Positions 54,587 through 64,000 of a DNA stretch of 64,000 nucleotides are shown piece after piece. The DNA lies in assembly GCA_965216325.1 (NCBI GenBank), contig OZ244160.1, positions 2,688,001 to 2,752,000 on the forward strand. Direction: 5' to 3'. Below the pieces are notes generated by a model. The model searched no databases. It was given only the letters and a program-made list of their open reading frames with translations, and had not been told where the DNA came from. Position numbers and translations under genes: made by a program. The first letter of the stretch is position 1; each line of letters starts with the position of its first letter. The stretch comes from Coraliomargarita sp. Its GTDB lineage: Bacteria; Verrucomicrobiota; Verrucomicrobiia; Opitutales; Coraliomargaritaceae.

Positions 54587-55636
54587 TTATCCGGGCAGTT
54601 GAAAGGCCTCTTTATCGGAGGCTTTCATATAGGCTTCTTGCGGCGAGATGTTACCAGCATCCAATTGCTTACGAATCGAGCTATCCATTAGGCACATGCC
54701 TTGAGCACTACTACTTTCGATGATGCCACGGATTGCGCTGATGCGCCCAGTGCGAATTGTATTGGGCAGGGCGTCGTGTTGGAGTAAGATCTCATGCACG
54801 GCTACTCGTCCTTTGGGCTGTTTTTTGCACAGTAACTGTGAAACGACGCAGCTTAAGCAACCCGCAAGCATCACGCGGATCTGATCCTGTTCCTCAGCTG
54901 GGAAGGCGTCGATGATACGGTCGATGGTTTTCGGAGCGTTGTTGGTGTGCAGGGTGCCAAAGACCAACATGCCCATCGATGCACAACTCAGTGCAAGTTT
55001 GATGGTTTCGAGTTCTCGCATCTCACCGACCAAGACGATGTCAGGGTCCGCGCGCATGGCACCTCTGAGGGCGTTGGCGAAGGATTCACTGTGTTCGCCG
55101 ACTTCGCGGTGCACGATGACACTACGCTTCTTTGGGTGCACAAACTCGATTGGGTCTTCGATGGTGATGATGTGCTTATCAAAGTTGTCGTTGATGTAAT
55201 CGATCATCGCAGCCAGTGTAGTGGATTTACCACTACCCGTCGGGCCGGTTACCAGCACAAGCCCTTCTTTATATTCGCAGACCTCCTTGAGCACTTCGGG
55301 GAGATTGAGTGTGTCGAACGATAGAATTTCCGCAGGGATCTGACGGAAGACCGCAGCCTGTCCCCATTGATTGTGGAGGAAGCTGCCACGGAAGCGGGCG
55401 AGACCCGGAATTTCGTAGGCGATATCGAGATCCAAGTCGTCGAGGTATTTACTCCAACGTGTTTCGTTGACGATTTCGCGCAGAAGTTGCTCCATGCTTT
55501 CGGTGGTCAGCACATCGGCATCGAGTGGAACGATGCGCCCCGAGGTGCGAATCTTGGGTGGTGAACCGATCGAGAGATGTAAGTCAGACCCATCGGCGTC
55601 GAGCATTGCGCGGAGGTAAGTGTCGAGAGTAGCCAT
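54587..55636 (-). CDS. pilT: PilT/PilU family type IV pilus retraction ATPase
   Basis: [39 protein letters not shown]. Confidence 0.93.
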   Translation of the reverse strand: MATLDTYLRAMLDADGSDLHLSIGSPPKIRTSGRIVPLDADVLTTESMEQLLREIVNETRWSKYLDDLDLDIAYEIPGLARFRGSFLHNQWGQAAVFRQIPAEILSFDTLNLPEVLKEVCEYKEGLVLVTGPTGSGKSTTLAAMIDYINDNFDKHIITIEDPIEFVHPKKRSVIVHREVGEHSESFANALRGAMRADPDIVLVGEMRELETIKLALSCASMGMLVFGTLHTNNAPKTIDRIIDAFPAEEQDQIRVMLAGCLSCVVSQLLCKKQPKGRVAVHEILLQHDALPNTIRTGRISAIRGIIESSSAQGMCLMDSSIRKQLDAGNISPQEAYMKASDKEAFQLPG

Positions 55637-55642
55637 GATTAC

Positions 55643-57136
55643 TTAGCGAATTTGTTGGCGCAGGTGTTCGTTGCGGATGTTGGCGAGCGCGATTTCTGCG
55701 GTGATACGTCCCGCCTGCCAGAGTTCAAAGACGGAGGCGTCCATTTGCACCATGCCGGCACGGCGTCCGGTTTCCATGACATTGCCGAGCCCCTGAGTCT
55801 TACCTTCACGAATGAGTGCCGAAACGGCTAGGTCCTGTAGGAGCAATTCGCAGGCGAGGGCGACGCCGCCATCGGTCGAGGGCAGTAGGCGTTGGCAGAT
55901 CACACCGCGTAAACTCTCGGCCACCATCGCGCGGATCTGTGCTTGTTGCGCGGGCGGGAAGACATCCAGCAAACGATTCAATGTGGTCGCGGCATCACTG
56001 GTATGCATCGTGCCAATCACTAAGTGACCGGTCTCTGATGCGCTGATTGCCATCTCAATGGTCTCCAGATCACGCATTTCACCGATCACGATGATGTCGG
56101 GGTCTTGGCGCAGTGCGCCTTTCAGTGCGCTTTTGAAAGTTTTGGTATGTGGGCCGACGGCACGCTGGGTGATTGAGCACTGCTCGGAGTGGTGAATGAT
56201 TTCAATCGGTTCCTCGACCGTAATGACGTGATCCTCTCGCGTTTGATTGAGGATACTGACGAGAGCCGAGAGTGTGGTCGTTTTACCCGCTCCCACTGGG
56301 CCGGTTACGAGCACCAGACCGTTGTGATAGGCGAGTAGTTCTTTGATACGATCGGCATTGGGAAATCCGAGTGCTTCAAGGCTTGGTGCGGTTGCGGGCA
56401 CAATGCGATAGGTGCCGGCAATGCCGTCGCGGTGCTTCATTAGATTCACGCGAAAGCGTTGGCCCGAATCCAGAGGTAGCGCGAAGTCGTATTCGCCATG
56501 CTGGAGGAACTCGCTCTTTTCTTTTTCAGTCAGTAGTGAGAGATTGAGATGCTCTGACGCTGCAGCCGAAGTAATTTGTTCGGACTTGTATTGGAGAGAC
56601 CGGTTCTTGCGGATAAAGATGCGACTGTCTGCGGATACATGGAGATCGCTGGCGCCTTCTGCGTTGGCTGCCAGGAGTAGTGCGGTCATGCCTTGTCGCG
56701 CGGTGTGCGGATTGACTGTATCGTAGTCCGACGGTGTGATCCATGCGGGACTGGCATCGCTGCTCACATTGAGCGTCGCATGTGCTGACTCAGACTCGAC
56801 TGGAGCGGTTGCTGTCGCTTCTGCAGATACCGCTTGGGAATGTGTGTGAAGCTTGATCTTGGGGCGCTCTGAGATGGGGGGCACACCCGTGTCGTTTTGT
56901 GCTTCAAAGGGATTATAGGCTGCCACTTGGCCTGCGGCGTGTTCTTCGACTGCGGTATTGAGCGCACGCTGCACCGCTTCGAGATCCTCGCTCAAGCCTT
57001 GGTCGAGTATGTCTTGAGCAAAATCAAAGAGCTCAGCAGTGGGGCCAACTTTTTGGCCGAGTTGATAAACGGTTGCGCGATCCAAGATGCCTTGGTCAAT
57101 ACACAAACAGGCGAATAGTTTCAGGTCTTCAGTCAC
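55643..57136 (-). CDS. PilT/PilU family ATPase with about 145-aa N-terminal extension
   Basis: ASDLHV, GPVGAGKTTT, DPDIIVIGEMRD, AISASETGH, AVSALIRE. Confidence 0.92.
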   Translation of the reverse strand: MTEDLKLFACLCIDQGILDRATVYQLGQKVGPTAELFDFAQDILDQGLSEDLEAVQRALNTAVEEHAAGQVAAYNPFEAQNDTGVPPISERPKIKLHTHSQAVSAEATATAPVESESAHATLNVSSDASPAWITPSDYDTVNPHTARQGMTALLLAANAEGASDLHVSADSRIFIRKNRSLQYKSEQITSAAASEHLNLSLLTEKEKSEFLQHGEYDFALPLDSGQRFRVNLMKHRDGIAGTYRIVPATAPSLEALGFPNADRIKELLAYHNGLVLVTGPVGAGKTTTLSALVSILNQTREDHVITVEEPIEIIHHSEQCSITQRAVGPHTKTFKSALKGALRQDPDIIVIGEMRDLETIEMAISASETGHLVIGTMHTSDAATTLNRLLDVFPPAQQAQIRAMVAESLRGVICQRLLPSTDGGVALACELLLQDLAVSALIREGKTQGLGNVMETGRRAGMVQMDASVFELWQAGRITAEIALANIRNEHLRQQIR

Positions 57137-57211
57137 AAGCAGTAGTCGGTTCTGACTGTGATGCCTGAAGTGCTTAAAACCGCAAGTATGGATCGTTAAC
57201 TCATGTGATAT

Positions 57212-58306
57212 TTACGCCTGATTTAAGAGATCGGTTTCCTCAGGTTTGGCCAAGTGTATGGTCTGCGTCGGGAATGCGAAGTCGATGCCTGCGGTATTGA
57301 AGCGCTCCAGAATCTGCAGGTTCAATTGCTCGGTGAAATCCATGAAGTCCCAGTAGGCCGGCGGGTGATACCAATAGATACAAAGCAAGTTCAACGAGCT
57401 GCTTTCAAAGTTGTTGAAGTAGACGCGTGGCGGAAACTCGGGATCCATGCCCTCATGGTCTTTCATTAGCTCTTCGAGGATCGCTTTGGCTTCGCGCACC
57501 TTCTCCGGAGGTGTGCCATAGGTAATGCCGATATTAAACAGGCGACGAATGTAGGGCCGCTTGGCGATGTTCCAGATGGTCTTGTTGGCCATCTCACCAT
57601 TCGGGATGGTGACGAGGTGGCCGTCCAAGGTACGAATGCGTGTGGAGCGCAGACCCACTTCTTCGACCGGACCGTCGTGCCCATCGATGTTAATGCGGTC
57701 GCCAATCTCAAAAGGTTTGTCGGCCAGCAGCACCATGGAGCCGAAAAAGTTCTTAATCGTATCTTGCGCAGCCAAGGCAAAGGCCAAGCCGCCAATTCCC
57801 AAACCTGCCAAAATCGAGGTCACTTCCTTGCCACTTAGAATCTGTGCGATTTGCACAATCGCCAAGACGACTACGGTGGCTTTCAGGCTCTTGCTGATGA
57901 TCGGCGCCAGCATGTCGTCCATCTTGCTGGGTGTGCCGGAGGCGCGTCGCACCAGCCACAAGCTCGGTGCATCCACCAGAAAGAAGACGGTCGCAGCGAC
58001 TGCCACAGTAAACAGCACGGAGACGCTCGTCGTGACAAAGTCTTCAGCGGGGCCCAGATCAATTAGGCTTACGCCTGAAAACAAACCCAGAGTGAACGCT
58101 AGGAAGGGCGCCGAACGTGCCACGCCGAGTAAGGCGGAGGCGGTAATCGGTCGTTTCTCGCTCAACTGCTCAGCCCGTTTGTTGAGCAAATACTTGAGTA
58201 GCTTGCCGGCGATCAGGCCGATTAGAATCAGTAGAAACAAACCGCCGATTTTCCAGGCGGTATTCTCACCAATGACTGCGAGTGGTATAAAACTGTCTAT
58301 GTCCAT
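57212..58306 (-). CDS. mscS: Small-conductance mechanosensitive channel (MscS family)
   Basis: GLGIGGLAFALAAQDTIKNF, KPFEIGD, GLRSTR, FAFPTQ. Confidence 0.95.
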   Translation of the reverse strand: MDIDSFIPLAVIGENTAWKIGGLFLLILIGLIAGKLLKYLLNKRAEQLSEKRPITASALLGVARSAPFLAFTLGLFSGVSLIDLGPAEDFVTTSVSVLFTVAVAATVFFLVDAPSLWLVRRASGTPSKMDDMLAPIISKSLKATVVVLAIVQIAQILSGKEVTSILAGLGIGGLAFALAAQDTIKNFFGSMVLLADKPFEIGDRINIDGHDGPVEEVGLRSTRIRTLDGHLVTIPNGEMANKTIWNIAKRPYIRRLFNIGITYGTPPEKVREAKAILEELMKDHEGMDPEFPPRVYFNNFESSSLNLLCIYWYHPPAYWDFMDFTEQLNLQILERFNTAGIDFAFPTQTIHLAKPEETDLLNQA

Positions 58307-58486
58307 AACTTCCTCCCGTTATGGACCTAGCAGGTTTGATACCGATTTTGGTTCGATCTGATGAGGTCGGGTGCGATATCCATATCGAACCGCCAAGTGA
58401 TGCTTGGACCGTTAAGGATGCCCCTCCACCTTTCGAAACGCTTAAGCTTACTTCCCGGAACGTTAAAAAAGCGACGTGCAAGAAAA

Positions 58487-58610
58487 GCTCCCCTGCTTGG
58501 TGAGGAGGGGTGGCTCGCGAATGCGAGACGGGGTGGTGCGATTCTTAATCTTACTCCTAATCTCCAGTGACTCAGAGGATTAAGATTAAGAGTAGGATTA
58601 GGATTAAGAG
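58487..58610. repeat. CCCCT/GAGGGG repeat abutting an inverted 6-nt array pair
   Basis: 58487-58539 matches 2081-2162; 58541-58610 holds TAATCT/AGATTA arrays. Confidence 0.8.
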
Positions 58611-58628
58611 GCAGCCCTATGGGCTGGA

Positions 58629-60407
58629 TCACATTCGCTCGAGCGCAGTGATACCGAGCAACTCAAGGCCAGTCTTCAGCACGGTGCGGGTGCGCGCACA
58701 GAGCAGCAGACGGCGGGCTTTGACGGCGTCGTCGTCGACCATCACCTTGTCGGCATTGTAGAAACTGCTGTAGGCCCCGGCCAACTCATACAGATAGGTG
58801 CAGAGGAAGTGGGGGCGCAGGTCGTTCAGCGTCAGCTCCAGCGCGTTGACGAAGCCCATCAACTTGCGAGCCAGTGCGTGCTCCGCGTCGGTCTCCAGCG
58901 GGCTAGCTCCGGTAATTTCCGCCTCCGGATCGAGTTCGCACTTGCGGAAGATGCTGTTGATACGCGCAACTGCGTAGAGCAGGTAAGGTGCGGTGTTACC
59001 CTCGAAGCTGAGCATGCGGTCCCAGTTGAAGACGTAGTCCTGCGTGCGATTGCTGGACAGGTCGGCGTATTTCAGCGCGCCCACACCCACGGCATCCGCC
59101 ACTTCAGCTTGCTCTGCTTCAGACAGATCCGGGTTCTTTTGCTTAACGACAGCCAGCGCACGTTCGCGGGCTTCGTCGAGCAGGGCTTGCAACTTAATGG
59201 TCTCACCGGACTTGGTTTTGAACGGCTTCTTGTCCTCGCCCAGAATGGTGCCCCACCACACGTGGCTCATTGCCGGCAGTGGGTAGTCCTTCGCCTTAAA
59301 CCACTTTTCAGTGGTCAGGAACAGTTGTTGGAAGTGGTCCTGTTGGCGGGCGTCGGTCAGGTAAATGACGTCGTCGGCCTTGAACTCTTCGACACGGTAA
59401 AGGATGGTCGCGAGGTCGGTGGACGCGTAGTTGGACGCGCCGTCTTTCTTGCGGATGTTGAAGGGGTAGGGACGCTCATTGTCGCGCGCGAATTTCTTGA
59501 CTTCATCGTGCCAGACCACGAGTGCGCCGTCACTCTCCTCGGCGAGGCCGATTTCGCTCAATTCGCTGTAGATGCGGTCGACCTTGTCGCGGTAGAAGGA
59601 CTCGCCGAGCGCGATGTCGACGTGCACGCCCATCTGCTTAAAGAGCTTGTCGAAGGCTGCCATGGAGATGTCGACGATCTGGTGCCAGAGGGCAGTGTTC
59701 TCTTCGTCGCCTTCCTGCAGCTTCACCAGCTCATTGCGGGAAATATCGCGCAGTTCCGGTTCGTCGCGTTCGAGTGCGGAGCCGTCTTTGTAAAGTTGGT
59801 CGAGGGCAGCGAGCGGGTTGTCGCCGATGTTGGCGAGGTCGATGCCGTCGCGCTTGATCTTCATGATCAGCGTGCCGAAATTGGTGCCCCAGTCGCCGAT
59901 GTGGTTATCACGAATCGTGTCCGCACCGCAGAAGTCGAGTAGGCGGGCGATTGCTTCGCCGATGACCATCGGGCGCAGGTGGCCGATGTGTGCCTGTTTG
60001 GCGGTATTCGCGCTGGGATAGTCGATTACGACCTTGCGGCCTTTCTTGAGGTCGCCAGCACCGGACTGATAGTCCTCGCTGGTGGAGTATTGCTCCAGCC
60101 ACTTCCAGAGAAAGGCGGTGGTGAATTTGAAATTGATGAAGCCCGGGCCCGCGATGGACAGCTCAACCATCTCCGGATCGAATTTTCCGGAGGCCTGTGC
60201 AGCATCGATCAGCTTTTGCGCCAGTTCGCGTGGATTGGCCTTGTTGCGCTTGGCAAAGCCGAGCACACCGTTCGCTTGGAAGTCGCCAAACTTCGGGTCC
60301 GCTGGGCGCACGCCGGGTGCAAACTCAGGGCCGAAGCCTTCGGTTTCGGCGGCGATTTCCGCGAGTGCATTTTCAATTGCTAAAGATGGGTTGAACCAGA
60401 CCTGCAT
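58629..60407 (-). CDS. argS: Arginine--tRNA ligase
   Basis: FGDFQAN, AGPGFIN, AHIGHLR (HIGH), NHIGDWG, FKTKSG, GNTAPYLLYA, C-terminal ERM. Confidence 0.98.
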   Translation of the reverse strand: MQVWFNPSLAIENALAEIAAETEGFGPEFAPGVRPADPKFGDFQANGVLGFAKRNKANPRELAQKLIDAAQASGKFDPEMVELSIAGPGFINFKFTTAFLWKWLEQYSTSEDYQSGAGDLKKGRKVVIDYPSANTAKQAHIGHLRPMVIGEAIARLLDFCGADTIRDNHIGDWGTNFGTLIMKIKRDGIDLANIGDNPLAALDQLYKDGSALERDEPELRDISRNELVKLQEGDEENTALWHQIVDISMAAFDKLFKQMGVHVDIALGESFYRDKVDRIYSELSEIGLAEESDGALVVWHDEVKKFARDNERPYPFNIRKKDGASNYASTDLATILYRVEEFKADDVIYLTDARQQDHFQQLFLTTEKWFKAKDYPLPAMSHVWWGTILGEDKKPFKTKSGETIKLQALLDEARERALAVVKQKNPDLSEAEQAEVADAVGVGALKYADLSSNRTQDYVFNWDRMLSFEGNTAPYLLYAVARINSIFRKCELDPEAEITGASPLETDAEHALARKLMGFVNALELTLNDLRPHFLCTYLYELAGAYSSFYNADKVMVDDDAVKARRLLLCARTRTVLKTGLELLGITALERM

Positions 60408-60472
60408 CGCGCCAGAGAAAAACCTGTGTGAACGGGGTCAAGCTCCATTCAGGGCGTGAAGCGACCTTAATG

Positions 60473-60560
60473 CTCGTAATCTTAATCCTACTCTTACTCC
60501 TAATCTCACGTCTGGTAGAGATTATGATTAGGATTAAGAGTAGGATTAGGAGTAGGATTC
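60473..60560. repeat. Inverted pair of 6-nt tandem arrays
   Basis: ctcgtaatcttaatcctactcttactcctaatctc ... gagattatgattaggattaagagtaggattaggagtaggattc. Confidence 0.85.
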
Positions 60561-60611
60561 AGATGGCTTGAATGGCACTACCTTAAGAGCATTTCACTTT
60601 CGGATGGATTG

Positions 60612-60758
60612 GTAGGGCAGTCTCGCTGAGGCTGCCGTTCGCTAAGATGCCGTGAACTACAATTGGTTCAGGATGGCAGGTTGATGCTGTCAGCAATCCA
60701 CGTGACATGGGTATTCTGTATTGTTTGCCGAACGGTCGTCTCGGCGAGACGACCCTAC
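60612..60758. repeat. GTAG...CTAC REP doublet with long spacer
   Basis: GTAGGGCAGTCTCGCTGAGGCTGCCGTTCG ... CGAACGGTCGTCTCGGCGAGACGACCCTAC. Confidence 0.8.
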
Positions 60759-60815
60759 CATAAAGAAGCCTTAGAGAACCCAAATTCACCTTAAGGTAGT
60801 GCCATTCCAGATGGC

Positions 60816-61616
<801 letters not shown>

Positions 61617-61777
61617 GCTTACAGAGGACAGATGTCAGAGCTCAGAAGCCAGAAAATAGTTCCCACTGTTGTCGGCAGGCTGCTGAATCCTGTCTCCTGA
61701 CGACTTAGATCAGATATCTGCAAATTTTTTCTTGCGCTGTGCCTTGTGGCTACCTTTATTCCCGGCTTCCCAATTAC

Positions 61778-61854
61778 GGGGGCTTAGCTCAGTTGGTTAG
61801 AGCGCATCCTTGACATGGATGAGGTCGCAGATTCGAATTCTGTAGCTCCCACCA
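61778..61854 (+). tRNA. tRNA-Val (GAC)
   Basis: Acceptor GGGGGCT/AGCTCCC, anticodon arm CATCC-TTGACAT-GGATG, TTCGAAT loop, CCA. Confidence 0.97.
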
Positions 61855-61984
61855 TTTTTTAGCCCGTAGGTTCACTGAGCCTGCGGGCTTTTTTGTGCTT
61901 TTCGTTCAGATCTCAGAATTCTCATCTTCGATGGTCCGATTCACTCCGCGATGCTTCGTGCTCGGTCTTGTCGCTTCGCTCGGA

Positions 61985-62045
61985 TCGAATTCTGTAGCTC
62001 CCACCATTTATCCTGCCCGTAGCGTCGACGAGACCTGTGGGCTTT
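61985..62045 (+). repeat. Direct repeat of the tRNA-Val 3' end plus a degenerate terminator
   Basis: TCGAATTCTGTAGCTCCCACCATTT identical to 61833-61857, then GCCCGTAG...CCTGTGGGCTTT. Confidence 0.88.
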
Positions 62046-62052
62046 GGGGGGC

Positions 62053-62118
62053 GTAGAACAGGCGTCTCGCCTGTTTCCATCGATACATTGAATGACACAG
62101 GCGAGACGCCTGTGCTAC
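62053..62118. repeat. GTAG...CTAC REP doublet
   Basis: GTAGAACAGGCGTCTCGCCTGT ... ACAGGCGAGACGCCTGTGCTAC. Confidence 0.85.
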
Positions 62119-62122
62119 GGCA

Positions 62123-62404
62123 CTACGCGATCTTGGTGATCGTTTCTGCGATCTGTGTCTCTTGTCCGTTCTCTGTTAGGATGAAGAGCTCTTGCAGGCC
62201 TTTGGCAGATTGAGTCACCGCTTTGATCCCGGCGCTATCGATGCGCTGTACTTTGACCGCTCCGGTTCGGCTGTGCTTGCCGAGTGACTTCCCGCCGTAG
62301 GATTGTCCGATGATCACTCCTTGAACCCCGTCAATGGCTTCAATCTTCTGGATGATCTTTTTGCACTCTTTCGAAGTGCTCTGGTGTCGTCCGCGTGAGG
62401 GCAT
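62123..62404 (-). CDS. Small protein, DUF2103-like
   Basis: HQST...VQGVIIG...GIKAVTQSAKGLQELFILT pattern; ATG just after the tRNA-Phe terminator. Confidence 0.65.
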   Translation of the reverse strand: MPSRGRHQSTSKECKKIIQKIEAIDGVQGVIIGQSYGGKSLGKHSRTGAVKVQRIDSAGIKAVTQSAKGLQELFILTENGQETQIAETITKIA

Positions 62405-62416
62405 TGTATTTACAAG

Positions 62417-62443
62417 AAAGCCCGCTCGAAAGCGGGCTTTAAA
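62417..62443 (-). terminator. Terminator hairpin after tRNA-Phe
   Basis: AAAGCCCGC-loop-GCGGGCTTT. Confidence 0.75.
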
Positions 62444-62445
62444 AG

Positions 62446-62549
<104 letters not shown>

Positions 62550-62784
62550 GCTTTGGGCACTCGTCAACCCGCTTTTTACATTTTTTCGCTTCTTTGCTGT
62601 AAATCATTCTAATTGCGTGAACTTAGCACCGAAAACTTTGCAAAATGAGCCTTGGATACGTGGTGGTGAACCGCTCGCTGCGCTAGAGAACGCTGAGGGT
62701 GGGAGTTGTGATTTTGAGGAGCTGGTGGCTCTGTGGCTTGAATTAGAAAGTGCGAAGTCGATGCGGCTACTATCGTAGAAGGAG

Positions 62785-62908
62785 GTAGCGCGAGTGCGTC
62801 CTCGCACCGCATCTCGGATTGGGTTTCTGGCTAATGCGACGGATGTGCGCACCGAGATTAATCGGTGACTGACTGTAACAGCGGCGCGATGCGGAAATCG
62901 TGCCCTAC
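62785..62908. repeat. Degenerate GTAG...CTAC REP doublet
   Basis: GTAGCGCGAGTGCG...CGCACC ... GGCGCGAT...ATCGTGCCCTAC. Confidence 0.6.
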
Positions 62909-64000
62909 CTAGCTTTTCTTATTCAGGGCGGCGTCGAACCAGTTGCTGCCGAAGTCGTTGGAACGGTTGCCACCGCCGCGGTTGTGTCCGCCGCCTTGGC
63001 GTGGGCCGTTATTACGATTGCCGCCGGGCTTACCGGTGCGTTCGCGCTTCCCGCCGATTTCGGGGCGGGCTTTCATCGAAAGGCTGATGCGGTTGCGCTG
63101 CAGATCGAGCTCGGTGACGGTGACCTGCACCTTATCACCAACTTTCACGATCTTGTTGGGATCATCGACGAATTTGTCGGCCAACTGGCTGACGTGCACG
63201 AGGCCGTCTTGGTGGACGCCGACATCGACGAAGGCTCCGAAGGCGGTGACGTTGGTAACGATGCCGGGGAGCTTCATGCCGAGTGTGAGGTCGCTTGGCT
63301 TTTCGACGCCGTCGGCGAATTGGAACAGCTCGAATTGCGCACGTGGGTCGCGGCCGGGCTTGGCGAGCTCGTCCATGATGTCGCGCAGGGTGGGCAGGCC
63401 GACTTCGTTGGAGACGTAGCTTTCGAGTTTGATCTTGGCGCGGGCCGCGGAGCTTTGAATCAGCTCGGTGACGGAGGCACCGGCGTCGGCAGCCATTTGC
63501 TCGACGAGTGCGTAGCGCTCGGGGTGCACGGAGCTTTGGTCAAGTGGGTGCTCGCCGTCGCGAATGCGCAGGAAGCCGGCGCATTGCTCGAAGGCCTTGG
63601 GGCCGAGGCGGGATACCTTGTTGAATTCCTGACGGGACTTGAACGGGCCGTTGCTGTTGCGGTGTGCGACGATATTGCCAGCAATGGATTCGTTGAGGCC
63701 GGAGACGTAGGCAAGCAGCTGCTTACTGGCGGTGTTCACTTCGACGCCGACGTTGTTCACGCAGGAGATGACGGTGTCGTCGAGTTGGCGCTTGAGGGCG
63801 TATTGGTCGACGTCGTGTTGGTATTGGCCAACACCGATGGACTTTGGATCGATTTTAACCAGTTCAGCGAGCGGATCCATTAAGCGGCGGCCGATGGAGA
63901 CCGCGCCTCGCACGGTGATGTCTTCGTTGGGGAATTCGTCGCGGGCGACTTCGGATGCGGAGTAGATGGAGGCGCCGGATTCGTTGACGACGATAATGGC
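62909..64000 (-). CDS. tex: Tex-like transcription accessory protein with S1 domain (5' part outside window)
   Basis: VNESGASIYSAS, RRLMDPLAELVKIDPKSIGVGQYQHDV, FGAFVDVGVHQDGLVH. Confidence 0.97.
   Translation of the reverse strand, partial: AIIVVNESGASIYSASEVARDEFPNEDITVRGAVSIGRRLMDPLAELVKIDPKSIGVGQYQHDVDQYALKRQLDDTVISCVNNVGVEVNTASKQLLAYVSGLNESIAGNIVAHRNSNGPFKSRQEFNKVSRLGPKAFEQCAGFLRIRDGEHPLDQSSVHPERYALVEQMAADAGASVTELIQSSAARAKIKLESYVSNEVGLPTLRDIMDELAKPGRDPRAQFELFQFADGVEKPSDLTLGMKLPGIVTNVTAFGAFVDVGVHQDGLVHVSQLADKFVDDPNKIVKVGDKVQVTVTELDLQRNRISLSMKARPEIGGKRERTGKPGGNRNNGPRQGGGHNRGGGNRSNDFGSNWFDAALNKKS

Overview
A 64 kb stretch of ordinary bacterial chromosome. Gene content, gene order and repeat families suggest a Verrucomicrobiota/Opitutae (Coraliomargarita-like) genome; this is inference, not a database result. 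Housekeeping genes include rpsB-tsf, tig-clpP-clpX, recN, rsmA, queCDE, nuoB-N (no nuoA), metY, argS, tex and three tRNAs (Tyr-GTA, Val-GAC, Phe-GAA). Notable items: (1) an internally deleted class IIC group II intron behind the tsf terminator, with ribozyme ends intact and the RT core lost; (2) a secreted aspartic peptidase / inactive transglutaminase-7TM / ATP-grasp glutamate ligase operon, followed by a prokaryotic pentameric ligand-gated ion channel with unusual pore residues; (3) a candidate structured RNA leader of queC unlike the preQ1 classes I know; (4) a hybrid histidine kinase with a degenerate ATP-binding domain; (5) a stand-alone membrane-anchored subtilase-prodomain-like protein; (6) a sigma54 promoter with enhancer- and IHF-like sites upstream of two Hsp20 genes; (7) many small intergenic elements: GTAG REP doublets, inverted pairs of 6-, 7-, 9- and 10-nt tandem arrays, and tRNA 3'-end duplications. 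No CRISPR array, prophage or transposase was seen.
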